From Eledone cirrhosa (taxonomy: Eukaryota), in NCBI GenBank assembly GCA_964016885.1, contig OZ024742.1, positions 361,708,001 through 361,772,000 of the forward strand: DNA of 64,000 bases, read 5' to 3'. Each line of letters opens with the position of its first letter. Position 1 is the first letter of the stretch. This document shows positions 1 to 12,479 of the stretch, piece after piece. The notes beneath the pieces were generated by a model that did not search any database, was not told the DNA's origin, and worked only from the letters and a program-made list of their open reading frames with translations. Position numbers and translations under genes: made by a program.

Positions 1-36
1 TTTACCGGTTTCGCAGTTCTTCTGCTTTTCAAAAGG
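1..36 (-). ncRNA. Minimal type I hammerhead ribozyme motif, U3-A8 core variant, cut off by the window edge
   Basis: Minus strand reads cctt-TTGAAAA-GCAG(aagaa)CTGC-GAAAC-CG-GTA-aa. This gives a U3/A8 core, a 4-bp stem II, palindromic stem III ACCGGT and a GUA site. Only 2 nt of the 3' strand of stem I are visible. Confidence 0.6.
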
Positions 37-79
37 TGAGTTGAGATGGAGTGTCTGTGGTTTTTCTCACATCTCTATA

Positions 80-111
<32 letters not shown>

Positions 112-112
112 C

Positions 113-159
<47 letters not shown>

Positions 160-186
160 TATACATATACATATATATACATATAT

Positions 187-1431
187 CAGGATGATTCTTA
201 ACAGGATCCAGCCTGAGATGGAGAAGAAGCTCAGGGACAACCAGAACGGCTTCAGAAAGGGTAGATCAACCACCAGTCACATCCTGATGCTGAGGAGGAT
301 ATTAGAGGGAGCTAGAGCAAAGTGCCTTTCTGCGGTCATGGTTTTCATTGACTTTAGGAAGGCCTTTGATTCTGTGGACCGTTACTGCCTGATGAAGATC
401 TTACAGGCTTATGGAATCCCCAAGAAGATAGTGAACCTGATATCACTGCTCTACACCAACACCAAAGCCCAAGCCATTACACCTGATGGGAAGACAGAGT
501 TCTTTGAGATACTGGCTGGAGTGCTCCAGGGAGATACATTGGATCCCTACCTTTTTATCATCGTAGTGGACTATTGTATGCGCCTTGCACTGGAGAAACA
601 CCAGGACTCTGGCTTTACTGTAGCACCGACTCAGAGCAGGAGAGTTAGGGCGAAAAAGGTATCGGATGCTGAATTTGCCGACGACATAGTTTTGGTGACA
701 AATACAGTGAAGGAGGCGGAGGATTTGATGCGGGAGGTTGAGACTGTGTCGATGAGTGTGGGGCTGAGAATGAATGAGACTAAAACAAAATATCTGGTAG
801 AGAATGTTGAGAAGCCAGAGGGGATCACTAATGTAGGCGGGAAGCCGCTGGAATTGGTTGAGGACTTCCTGTATTTGGGAGCAAAGATTGGGAATACGGA
901 GGATGATGTGGTTGAGAGGAAGAGCAAGGCCTGGGCGGCGTGCCACAGCTTGAGATCGGTGTGGAAGTCGGACCTTCGTAGAGATCTGAAAATCCGCCTC
1001 TTCATTGCTGTAGTGGAGTCTGTGCTGCTGTATGGGTCTGAGACTTGGACACTGACCAGGAAACTCACTCAGATGGGGGATGGGTGCTACACGAGAATGC
1101 TGAGGATGGCTCTGAACATTAATCAGTATACACTGAAGATGAAAAACTCAGAGCTGTATGGGAGCATCCCAAAAGTCAGCTCAAAAGTGACACAGAGGAG
1201 ACTGAGGTTGGCTGGACATGCTCACCGACATCGAGAGTTGACATTGCACTCAGTACTCCTTTGGGAGCCCCTGCATGGACACACTGGAAGAGGAAGACCA
1301 AAGTTAACGTATGTTGATGCCCTAAGGACAGACAGTGGTCTGTTGGAGATGCAGGACATGGCAGCGATATGAGGGACAGAGACCGCTGGAGAGAACTCGT
1401 CCATGGATCTCGGGAATTTTACCCGCCTTAG
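187..1431 (+). mobile_element. 5'-truncated RTE-clade LINE with open RT domain (about 191-1372) and 3' end
   Basis: RT motifs [63 protein letters not shown] and GRGRP. Flanked on both sides by (TA)n. The ORF-track N-terminus (YIYI) is microsatellite read-through. Confidence 0.93.
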
Positions 1432-1435
1432 ATAG

Positions 1436-1486
<51 letters not shown>

Positions 1487-1559
1487 TATAAATATACACA
1501 CATATATATATATATACACACATATATATATATATATATATACATATATATAAATATAC

Positions 1560-1590
<31 letters not shown>

Positions 1591-1622
1591 CATATATATA
1601 AATATGCATATATATATATATA

Positions 1623-1946
1623 TATATTAATAAGAGGAATTCCAACTTTGTCTGATTTACTCGTTTTATTTACAATCCTTTAAAATTTATAATGGTATTA
1701 TAATGAAATAGTATGATAGAATATTAAATTCTAAGTGTTAATTGAACAAGTACTTTCATGCTTTCGCAATCTTCAGACCACATATTATGAACCTGAAGAT
1801 TGCGAAAGCATGGAAGTACTTGTTCAATTAACACTTAGAATTTAATATTCTATCATACTATTTCATTATAATACCATTATAAATTTTAAAGGATTGTAAA
1901 TAAAACGAGTAAATCAGACAAAGTTGGAATTCCTCTTATTAATATA
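1623..1946. repeat. Near-perfect fold-back palindrome (arms about 1623-1776 and 1793-1946) carrying hammerhead motifs
   Basis: taagaggaattccaac...cttcag is the reverse complement of ctgaag...gttggaattcctctta, with a 16-nt spacer. Confidence 0.95.
1788..1826 (+). ncRNA. Minimal hammerhead ribozyme motif (mirror copy on minus strand at about 1743-1776)
   Basis: tgaac-CTGAAGA-t-TGC(gaaa)GCA-t-GGAA-GTAC-TT-gttca, with 5-bp stem I tgaac/gttca. The plus copy has GGAA. The mirror copy keeps GAAA but has lost its 5' stem I strand. Confidence 0.7.
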
Positions 1947-1988
1947 ATCTTCTATACACAATCATACACACCCGTGTATATTTATCTA

Positions 1989-2020
<32 letters not shown>

Positions 2021-2021
2021 C

Positions 2022-2052
<31 letters not shown>

Positions 2053-2053
2053 C

Positions 2054-2190
<137 letters not shown>

Positions 2191-2239
2191 TATATACATA
2201 TATATACATATATATATACATATATATATATTTTATTTT

Positions 2240-2457
2240 TAACGATCGACTTTCGTCAAATCGGACCGAGGAAACAATGTTTCCATTGGTCTTTCCAATT
2301 GCTAATACTATCTATCGGTCGCAACTCGAGGTAGAAGGAGCAACGTGAAATAAAGTGTCTTGCTCAAGGACATAACGCATCGCCCGGTCCAGGAATTGAA
2401 CTCACAACCTCACAATTGCGAATCCAATTCTCTGACCACTCAGCCACACGCCTTCAC
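2240..2457 (-). mobile_element. tRNA-derived SINE with CORE-like central domain
   Basis: Minus strand has A box TGGCTGAGTGG, B box GTTCAATTCC and CORE-like tgtccttgagcaagacacttt. Highly similar to the copy at 11711-11931. Confidence 0.85.
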
Positions 2458-2474
2458 TATATATATATATACAC

Positions 2475-5400
2475 ACAGTTCAAGAGTAACCAATCTTAAA
2501 GAGAGAGATTGAGATAGTAGAGGGGATATGAGAGGAAAGATTGGTGAGTTAGTTAGAAGCCAAAGCGTAAAGGCATATGCACAATGTGCAATATGCACTA
2601 GAAAGCAGCTAGGTGGCTGTGTTCATGCAGAAGTTAGGTGCGCAGAGCTGGAAATATTCATTAGTTAAGCAAAACAAGACCACAAATTTCACAAGGAAGA
2701 CATTATTAAAAGATTGTCAACATATTTAGTTTGATGTAAGGAATGTAGAGAATAATAACAATAATAATAATATTAATAATAATAATGCCCGTTTACAATT
2801 GTTTCGCTACTCCGTATAATATTTCTGGATCAGATGACTATGTATCATAATTGATCTGGTTCAGTTGAAAATAATTAACATATTTAAAAAAACAGAGTGG
2901 CTCATCGGAACTCAAAGGAATATAAATTAAAATAATGTTACATAATATAATGTTCCTTTGTTTCATCAGCTGTCAGCCATAATCAAGCAGTACTCATCTG
3001 TCGAGGCTGCATTGTGTGAGATCTGCCTATGGGTAACAAGATGGCTGCCAAAGGGCATATTTACCTTACTAATTAGAGGGTGGTTTCAGGGCAAGTAACT
3101 TCTCGAGAGATTAGAGATTGTGTGTATTTTATAGCTATGTGCTAGTATTTAAATTATTTAATTGAGAGACAATGTAGGGGAGGTAACTTATAATTATCGA
3201 GTTGTTCATAGCAATTTAACTTATTAGCTACAATTAGAGATGAGGCTACATGACTAATTTGGGTAAAAAAACTCTATTGGCGAAGGAATTAGCCCTTTGA
3301 TGTTGACAGCTAATGGTTACCTCCGTTCTATCGTTAATTGGTAGAGGTCTTGATAGAGTTATGTAATATGCTTCTGTAACACAGAGATCACAAGATTTCC
3401 TTCGTCCATTGAACGGTTGGGCCCTAGCTACGATATCCCATTTTAGTGAGTGTTGAACTTTGTTTAATTTAAGGTTTTTAATGAGCCTAGCTAGCGATGT
3501 CGAACATCTGTTGCTAGGGTCTCGGAAGGAAAAAGAGTGCGCGTTATAGCGTACCTTAAAAGGGTTAGAGGTAGACCCGATATAAGAGCTGGTATTCGAA
3601 GCAGTCTCAACTGTGCACCTATATACTATGTTGGGTGTCAGGCAGTGTCCATTTAATGGGCATGCATTGGGGTACCGGCAGTTGCAGTTGCTTCTGCGGT
3701 TAGTGAGAGTAAGGTTATTTAACCTAAGCAGTTGGTCCGTGCTAGAAGGATTAGATGGGGGAGGTGTGCTACTAGAGTAATTATTGGTGTAGTATATTTG
3801 ATAGGGGTGGTGGTACCGCGGTGTGGGAGTTATAGTGTCTTAGCTTATGATGGTTACTGAATGCGATGTGGCTAGCTAGGTTAGGTGTAGTGGAGAATGA
3901 GATTTTAATGTTTTTATTAAAGAGTTTGTAATATCTATGGTTAGGGGGAAGTGTTTGGATAGGATAGAGAAGAAGCGATTGGGGATATTAGTGGCTAGAT
4001 TAGATGAGAATGGTGGGTTAAGCCAGGTGATATTTCTAGGCCTATTCCTTCTAGGGGTTCTAGTGGAGTTGGTAGGGGCCTTTCTTGGGTTATTATTACC
4101 TGGGGGTTTGTTATTTGTCATCCCATTTCTCATTCCTATTCTAGGGTTGATTCTTATTTTGCTACTAAGAGTGGGGAGCAGGCCGCTGCCACCATTAAAG
4201 TTCCCTGTATAGGTGCTGTTACTGCTAACATTCAGGCGAATCTGGCTATATGCTAAGGTATTTCTAGTTCTAGTGTTAAGTTTATTATGGTGAGTTGCTG
4301 TGTTATGGCATTTTGGTATGTAATAAATTGATTGGTTATAACCAGATTCAAAGAGAGCCTTATTATAATATTGTGCGTGGTTTATAAATATCTCTTCATT
4401 TGCTGATAGCATTGAGATCCTATAGGAGATAGATTTGATTACTGCTCTGATGACTGCCGGTGGGTGGTTAGAGTGTGGGTTAATATATGTGAGTATTTCG
4501 CCTGTTTTATGGTAAGGGTTATAAAGGTTATTGTTGAGATCAAGGGTGACGTCTAGGAAGTTTACTACTTTATGGTTCAGCTCGATGGTGATAGAGAGAC
4601 CGTTATTTTTGAAGAATCTATGAAATTGTTTCTTAAGCAAATCGATTCCCCGATTAGTGCAATTGTGGACTGCAAATAGGGCGTCGTCCCTGTATATTCC
4701 ACCTTGCATGGGTTGGATTTCGGCTCTGATGTTACGTAATAGGTAAATCCCAACTAAATCGGTGACTTGCGCGGATTCACTTGAGCCCATCGTAATGTCA
4801 AAGTTATTTGTTCTATCTTTTCTAGTCCAGAGTGCTCCGTTGAATTCAATGATAGTCTGCCTAGCCATGAGTATGATGTTAATCTCATTATTGGTTATGT
4901 CCGAGTTGGTGGTTGCTAGGGCTAGTGCTTTGTTGAGCAGTTCCGGGATTATTGACGCGTAATAGCTGTCTATATCAAATTGGATGAACCTCATAGATTG
5001 CTTGGACCTTAGATCGGAGAACCATCCGATGACTTGGCCGGTGTTGGACCACAACTTGTAGGTGGTATCATCCCGTATCCCAGGGATTATCCTATCAAGG
5101 ATGTTCTTACTGATGCGGCCCAGGTCAGATGTGGTTGGGCTTATGAGTCTAATAGATGGGTTCTCTATAAAGTTTGGCTTGTGCTCCTTGAGAGAGAACC
5201 TTGTAGTTGTTGGTACATAAGGGTGGGTAAATCTATCCAAATGCAAGTCCTTAACCAAAGCCTGGGCTTTTCGGTTAAGTACGTTTACACTGGAGGGTGT
5301 GGTTTTTTTAATAGTTTTTGTTGAGTTCTTTAAGAAGGAACGAGTTGTAAATTTCAGGAGTCATGGTGTATAGATTTTTGGTTTTGTCAGACATAACATG

Positions 5401-5637
5401 TAAGAGATTGCTATCCGTACATTTTTTTATAGTTGTTGCTAATGTAGTGAGGAAGTTATTCCTGTGTCTATAATGCTTTTTGAACTTAATGCTCCTGACG
5501 AAGTTGAATAGATCTTTCTCAAAAGATGGAAAGCGTACCACTTAGACCGTGCGGTTGCTGCTGACGCCGGAAGTACAGCAAATAGATATGGATTTGCCAC
5601 ATGCAAGAAGCCCCCACACAACATCCTGCTGGACCCT
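2475..5637 (-). mobile_element. Penelope-like retroelement, near full length and frameshifted: RT (5258-3876), GIY-YIG endonuclease (about 3690-3254), 3' UTR with hammerhead
   Basis: PLE RT motifs SDKT.NLY, RLISPT.SDLG.ISK, QFDIDSYY, TMGS...AQVTDLVG, IYRDDAL, VNFLDVTLDL and SNHPP..I, then WLNPPF. The C-terminus reads CNCR....CPLNGHCL..NIVY, YIGST..FK.RYN.H and C.LC..EAYYI. Confidence 0.93.
2791..2911 (-). ncRNA. Hammerhead ribozyme motif (U4C core, long stem II insertion) in the Penelope 3' UTR
   Basis: gtt-CCGATGA-GCCACTCTG...(about 80 nt)...CGGAGTAGC-GAAAC-AATT-GTA-aac, on the same strand as the Penelope ORF. Confidence 0.75.
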
Positions 5638-6055
5638 TTATAAACCCCACTATCAGGCTAGAAATTTCTTTAGTCTAAAATACGGTGAATGCTTATAATT
5701 TCTAATTTCTAATTTCAAACTCGCGCACCGTTTCAAAAACATACTTACATGTTTACGTTTATAATTTGCTTGTTTATCATTTATTTGTTAAGTTCATAGC
5801 TTCTAATTCGAATGGAAGGAGATGGGATGTGTATTGGTGTAATGGTCTGGATAACCAAAGATGTGGGTTCGACTCCCATGTACGGCAACACTCATCTTTT
5901 TCCATTTCTCCGAGGGTTATAAACCCCACTATCAGGCTAGCAATTTCTTTAGTCTAAAATACGGTGAAAGCTTATAATTTCTAATTTCTAATTTCAAACT
6001 CGCGCACCGTTTCAAAAACATACATACATGTTTACGTTTATAATTTGCTTGTTTA
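5638..6055 (+). mobile_element. Probable tRNA-derived SINE (head about 5817-5890) with duplicated body (about 5638-5776 and 5917-6055)
   Basis: A-box-like TGGTGTAATGG and B box GTTCGACTCC. A direct repeat of about 135 bp, tataaaccccactatcaggctag...tttgcttgttta, occurs twice. Confidence 0.6.
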
Positions 6056-6644
6056 ACATACATATATACTTATATACATACATATATACTTATATACATA
6101 CATATATACTTATATACATACATATATACTTATATACATACATATATACTTATATATATACGTACATATATACTTATATATATACATACATATATACTTA
6201 TATATATACGTACATATATACTTATATATATACATACATATATACTTATATATATACATACATACTTATATATATACATAATTATATATATACATACATA
6301 CTTATATATATACATACATACTTATATATATAGATACATACTTATATATATACATACATACTTATATATATACATATATACTTATATATATACATATATA
6401 CTTATATATATACATATATACTTATATATATACATATATACTTATATATATACATATATACTTATATATATACATACATACTTATATATAGTATTTACGT
6501 ATCGAGAAAGAGAAAAAAAGGGGGGATAGGTGATACATATAGTTATTTGCCAAGTAGCGTATGCCAAAGGTGCTCGATACTAGTGCCGGCAGTATTAAAT
6601 ATTCGAAGTGTTAATATTTAGTGGGCTAGAGAGTTAGCAGAGCG

Positions 6645-7471
6645 TAAGCACGTGGGAAAGTAAAAATCGGAGAATAGACCGTTAAAACATGTTTATTTAA
6701 AATATCACCTACGTACGTTTCGCCCAGTTGGGCTTCTCAAGGGCATAAATAATCACAAGTGTTCCATATATAGTTCGAAAAGAGTTTTGGGGGTTAAATC
6801 TACATCAAGATTCATTGCTCGCAAAAATATCTTGTTTGGATTTTGCAGCAGGTCAAGGGAGGTAACTCTGGCCGGTGTTAGGGCAGTCTTTCCCGGATAA
6901 TTTTTTTTTTTTTTTGGCCGCATCCGTTTGTCTGAGGCTGGGTCTGGTATGCAAGGATTGTTTTCTGGGTGTTATTTTGCACCCCACGAGCTCATCAACA
7001 GCAGAGCTGAAACAGCGATAAGTTGTACACATCGCTTAAAAATTTCCTCCTTTAGATGGGTTAAGGATGAAGAGTAAAATAGTACACTGGATCTCCCTGC
7101 AACAAGTCTTAACACCCCGGCGGGAAGGCGCTGCAAAATAACACCCAGAAAACAATCCTTGCATACCAGACCTAGCCTCAGACAAACGGATGCGGCAAAA
7201 AAAAAAAAAAAAAAATTATCCGGGAAAGACTGCCCTAACACCGGCCAGAGTTACCTCCCTTGACCTACTGCAAAATCAAAACAAGATATTTTTGCGAGCA
7301 ATGAATCTTGATGTAGATTTAACCCCCAAAACTCTTTCCGAACTATATATGGAACACTTGTGATTATTTATGCCCTTGAGAAGCCCAACTGGGCGAAACG
7401 TACGTAGGTGATATTTTAAATAAACATGTTTTAACGGTCTATTCTCCGATTTTTACTTTCCCACGTACTTA
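6645..7471. repeat. Fold-back palindrome (arms about 6645-6981 and 7132-7471), Penelope pseudo-LTR-like
   Basis: Arms of about 335 bp are near-identical reverse complements with a spacer of about 150 bp. Each arm contains a hammerhead motif. Confidence 0.95.
7372..7410 (+). ncRNA. Minimal hammerhead ribozyme motif, U3-A8 compensatory core (mirror at 6706-6745 minus)
   Basis: gccc-TTGAGAA-GCCC(aact)GGGC-GAAAC-GTAC-GTA-ggtg. Perfect 4-bp stem II, palindromic stem III and GUA site. Stem I is short. Confidence 0.75.
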
Positions 7472-7934
7472 TATATATACATATATATACATATATACTT
7501 ATATATATACATATATACTTATATATATACATATATACGTATATATATACATATATACTTATATATATACATATATACTTATATATACACATATATACAT
7601 ATATATATATACATATATACTTACATACATACATATATACTTATATACATACATATATACTTATATATATACATACATATATACATACATATATACTTAT
7701 ATATATATACATACATATATACTTATATATATACATACATATATACTTATATATATATACATACATACTTATATATATACATACATACTTGAATATATAC
7801 ATACATACTTGTATATATACATACATACTTGTATATATACATACATACTTGTATATATACATACTTATATATATACATACTTATATATATACATACATAC
7901 TTATATATATACACACATACATACTTATATATAT

Positions 7935-8150
7935 GGTGGCTGCCAACTTGTTTTCGAGTACGGCCGCCACTACTTTATATCCATGTAGGAGAACCCCTAC
8001 CGATGCGCTGAATGTGTTTGACTTTTTCATCCAGCCAGCGACTTGAAAACTCTGGTACAAACACTACACTTGTGACAATTATTGACATATAGTGCTGGGC
8101 CCATGGTACCATGTGACGACAAGTGCAGAGAGATCTCCAGATACAAAGCA
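7935..8150 (-). mobile_element. 3' fragment of RTE-related non-autonomous element (same family as 44258-44860)
   Basis: Reverse complement matches 44645-44860, including the zinc-finger-like remnant [13 protein letters not shown] and the terminal ggcagccacc. Confidence 0.75.
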
Positions 8151-8419
8151 ACTTATATATATACATACATACATACATACTTATATATATACATACATAT
8201 ATACTTATATATATACATATATACTTCTATATATACATACATATAAATTTATATATATACATACATATATATATTTATATATATACATACATATATACTT
8301 ATATATATACATACATATATACTTATATATATACATATCTATATACTTATATATATACATACATATATACTTATATATATATACATACATATATACTTAT
8401 ATATATAACTTTGAATAAC

Positions 8420-8803
8420 TTTGAAATGTTTTGGCCACTATTGGCCCAGGCCATGTCTAACTTAATAGCACCACCTGGCGAAGTCTTTCAACTCAGGATT
8501 TGGGCACCTGGCCCATTCGAGAAGAGAATTACTGTTTGCGGAGACATATCCGGGTGTGGGTGGTTTGTCCGGGATTACTTGGAGGAATTTGTCCAAAGAC
8601 TTCTTGAATTTTGTGTGGTCAGTTTCTGTTTTGACGTGTCCTGGTGTGATGTTGAAGAGAGCAGGGACAATTGAGGTGAAATAATTGTGCCGTATTGTTG
8701 TTATGTGTTGCGATTTAGATTTTTGTTTGGAACGGATAGCACGGGGCCCAAGCCTTGGGTGTATTTTGAAGGTGATGCCAACATCATTTGGGCAGTGCTG
8801 ATG
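8420..8803 (-). mobile_element. CR1-like LINE 3' fragment
   Basis: Translation LFNITP......[17 protein letters not shown]......ANSNSLL resembles the C-terminus of the CR1 copy at 9795-10061. Confidence 0.7.
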
Positions 8804-9720
8804 AAACATACATATATACTTATATATATATACATACATATATACTTATATATATATACATACATATATACTTATATATATATATACATACATATATACT
8901 TATATATATATATATATATACATATATACTTATATATATATACATACATATATACTTATGTATATATACATACATATATACTTATATATATATAAATACA
9001 TATATACTTATATATATATACATACATATATACTTATATACATACATATATACTTATATATATACATACATATATATATATATACATACATATATATATA
9101 TACATACATATATATATATACATACATATATACTTATATACATACATATATACTTATATACATACATATATACTTATATACATACATATATACTGATATA
9201 CATACATATATACATATATACATACATATATACTTATATACATACATATATACTTATATACATACATATATACTTATAAACATACATATATACTTATATA
9301 CATACATATATACTTATATACATACATATATACTTATATACATACATATATACTTATATATATACATATATACTTATATATATACATATACACTTATATA
9401 TATACATATATACTTACATATATACATATATACTTATATATATACATATATACTTATATATATACTATATACTTATATATATACTATATACTTATATATA
9501 TACATATATACTTATATATATACATATATACTTATATATATACATATATACTTATATATATACATATATACTTATATATATACATATATACTTATATATA
9601 TACATATATACTTATATATATACGTATATACTTATATATATACATATATACTTATATATATACATATATACTTATATATATACATATATACTTATATATA
9701 TATACATATATACTTATATA

Positions 9721-11232
9721 CTCTTTTACTCTTTTACCTGTTTCAGCCATCCGGCTGAGGTCATGCTGGGGCACCGCCCTTGTTGCTACACATTTTATCT
9801 CCAGCCTGTATAGGTTGGCCACTGGTGTAAGAGGGAGTTTGTTGCTGCTGCCCTTAGGTTTCCTTCGTGTCTTGCTGTGGGCACATCCGGGATCCTGGAT
9901 AACAAGGTGTCGAGATGTTTCTTGAAGACATCCACCTCCACGTCATGCAAATCTCTCAGATGCCTCGGCAGCCTGTTGAAGAGTTGAGGGCCCTTGAATC
10001 CCAGGCTATTGCAATGCCTGTTCCTTATTCTAGATGTGGAAGACGGGACCTTTGGCACCACACAGTGACGTCCTGTTCGACGGTTGGTCCAGCTCCCAAA
10101 GCCAAAGTTTGGTGCTAGTCCCTCCAGGATTTTTCACATGTAGATCACTGCGTATCTCTCCCGTCTTCGCTCCAAGGAGTAGAGGTTCAGTTCCTTTAGC
10201 CTCTCCCAGTAGCTTGTCTCCTTCATCTTGGCAATCCTCTTGGTGTAGCTTCGCTGGATTGCCTCAAGCTCTGTGGTTAGTTTGACACTATGGGGTGACA
10301 CAACTGGGAGCAGTAGTCCAGGGGGCTTAGGACAAATGTCCTCCATAGTGTCAACATGGTGTCTCAATCTCTTGTCCGGAAAGTCCTCAAGATCCAGCCA
10401 GCGAGTCGTCTGCATATTGTCGCCACTTTCATGATGTGTGAAGAAAAAGATGCATCATCGCTCATGTCTATGCCCAGGCTCGTATCGATTTTGACACGGG
10501 GATATCGGTCCCTCCTGGTCCTGTGTAGTTGTGTTGTACTATATTTGTGTTTGCACGTTTGTTTGGAGGTTTGTATTGTAGGGCTTGGAATTTGCCAGCA
10601 TCAAACTGCATGTTGTTCTCTTCCGCCCATTTGTATATGGCATCCAGATCCTGCTGTAAAAGGGCAGCGTCAGCCGGGTTTTTGATTGCCTGTGCTACCT
10701 TAGTGTCATCAGCATAGCTAGTGAGGGATGTTGTTGTATGTACTACAGTAGTGGTCCCAGGACTGTCCCATGGGGCACCCCACTTGTTATTGGTGTTTCC
10801 TTTGAGAGGGCCCCATTTGATGCGACTACCTGGCTTCTGTCCCTTAGGAAGCCATGCAGCCACTCACCTACTTTTCCAGTTATGCCGAGTCCGTGTAGTT
10901 TGTGACATATCATTCCGTGGTCGACCTTGTCAAAGGCCTTCGCAAAGTCAAGATATATCACGTCCACATGTGAGCTGTCTAGCAGTTGTCTCAGTACCCA
11001 GTCGTAGTGATGTAGCAGCTGTGTAAGGCAGCTTCTTCCTGGGCGGAAGCCATGTTGCGTGCTAGTCAGGCGGTCATTTTCCTTGAGGAAAGTGATCAGT
11101 TTCTTTCTGACGACTCGCTCCATGACCTTACTGATATGCGACGTCAGGGAGACTGGCCTATAGTTTTTGGCCTCCGCTCTGCTACCTCCTTTATGGATAG
11201 GGCATATTGTGCCTTCTTTCAGCCCCCTGGGT
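9721..11232 (-). mobile_element. CR1-clade LINE, 5'-truncated and internally deleted, decayed RT
   Basis: Motifs NYRPVSLTSHISKVMER, QHGFRPGRSCLTQLL, VIYLDFAKAFDKVDH, SGVP.GTVLGP, SYADDTK, YWERLKELNLYSLERRRERY and GPQLFNRLP. The 3' end is ggtgccccagcatg...gtaaaagagtaaaagag. Confidence 0.9.
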
Positions 11233-11710
11233 AGTACACCGCTACATATATAAGTACATATATACATATATACTTATATATATACATATATACTTATATA
11301 TATACATATATACTTATATATATACATATATACTTATATATATATACATATATACTTATATATATACATATATACTTATATATATACATATATACTTATA
11401 TATATACATATATACTTATATATATACATATATACTTATATATATATACATATATACTTATATATATACATATATACTTATATATATACATATATACTTA
11501 TATATATACATATATACTTATATATATACATACATACTTATACATATACATACATACTTATATATATACATATATACTTATATATATACATACATATATA
11601 TATACATGAAGTATATATATACATACATATATATATACATGAAGTATATATATACATACATATATATATACATATATACTTATATATATACATACATATA
11701 TATATATATT

Positions 11711-11931
11711 CGTGAAGGCGTGTGGCTGAGTGGTTAGAGAATTGGATTCGCAATCGAAAGGTTGTGAGTTCGATTCCTGGACCAGGCGATGCGTTATGTC
11801 CTTGAGCAAGACACTTTGTTTCACGTTGCTCCTTCTACCTGGAGTTGCGACTGATAGATAGTATTAGCAATTGGAAAGACCAACGGAAACATTGTTCCCT
11901 CGGTCCGAATTGACGAAAGTCGATCGTCTTC
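11711..11931 (+). mobile_element. tRNA-derived SINE with CORE-like domain
   Basis: A box TGGCTGAGTGG, B box GTTCGATTCC and tgtccttgagcaagacacttt. Paralog of 2240-2457. Confidence 0.85.
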
Positions 11932-12479
11932 CTATATATATACATACATATATACTTATATATATACATACATATATACTTATATATATACATACATATA
12001 TACTTATATATATACATACATATATACTTATATATATACATACATATATACTTATATATATACATATATATACTTATATATATTACGAGTGGTTTTCTGC
12101 TAGCATGTGTAGTGTGAATATTGATATTATACGCAAGTATATATACATGTAGATATGATACGTCAAATAAAATCGTTATTGACAATATACACAGAAGTTG
12201 AACGGAGACTGTCACACTATCTTATGTGATCAGTAAAGTAATAAATGATACATTTATAGATAAGGATGAGGGGCTAAATATTATCTATATGATTTTACAT
12301 TGTTGTTATAGGTCTTCGAAGGATATTAGTTATAAGTGATATAATTGAAATACCTTAATCGAAGACTTGGTAGTTTCTCATCGGTAGTAAACGCTTCTGA
12401 CTTCCAGGATATAAATAAATAGCTCTTCAATCCTCTATAAATATAATTTTATTTGTCGAAAAGGAATGTAGGAGTCATT

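Larger units (their letters stand above)
6056..12083. repeat. TA-rich minisatellite (unit about TATACTTATATATA(TA)CA, 18-22 bp) interrupted by five insertions
   Basis: The same unit recurs at 6056-6490, 7470-7933, 8151-8408, 8806-9720, 11243-11710 and 11932-12083. Confidence 0.9.

Noticed and set aside
11711-11790. tRNA gene candidates (also 2385-2457 and 5817-5890)
   Set aside because: A and B boxes are present, but there is no convincing cloverleaf or acceptor stem and each continues into a repeated SINE body.
12290-12400. Possible minus-strand hammerhead (CCGATGA followed by an internal gtcttcga/tcgaagac stem)
   Set aside because: No properly placed GAAA/NUH or stem I could be assembled. 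At best a decayed remnant.
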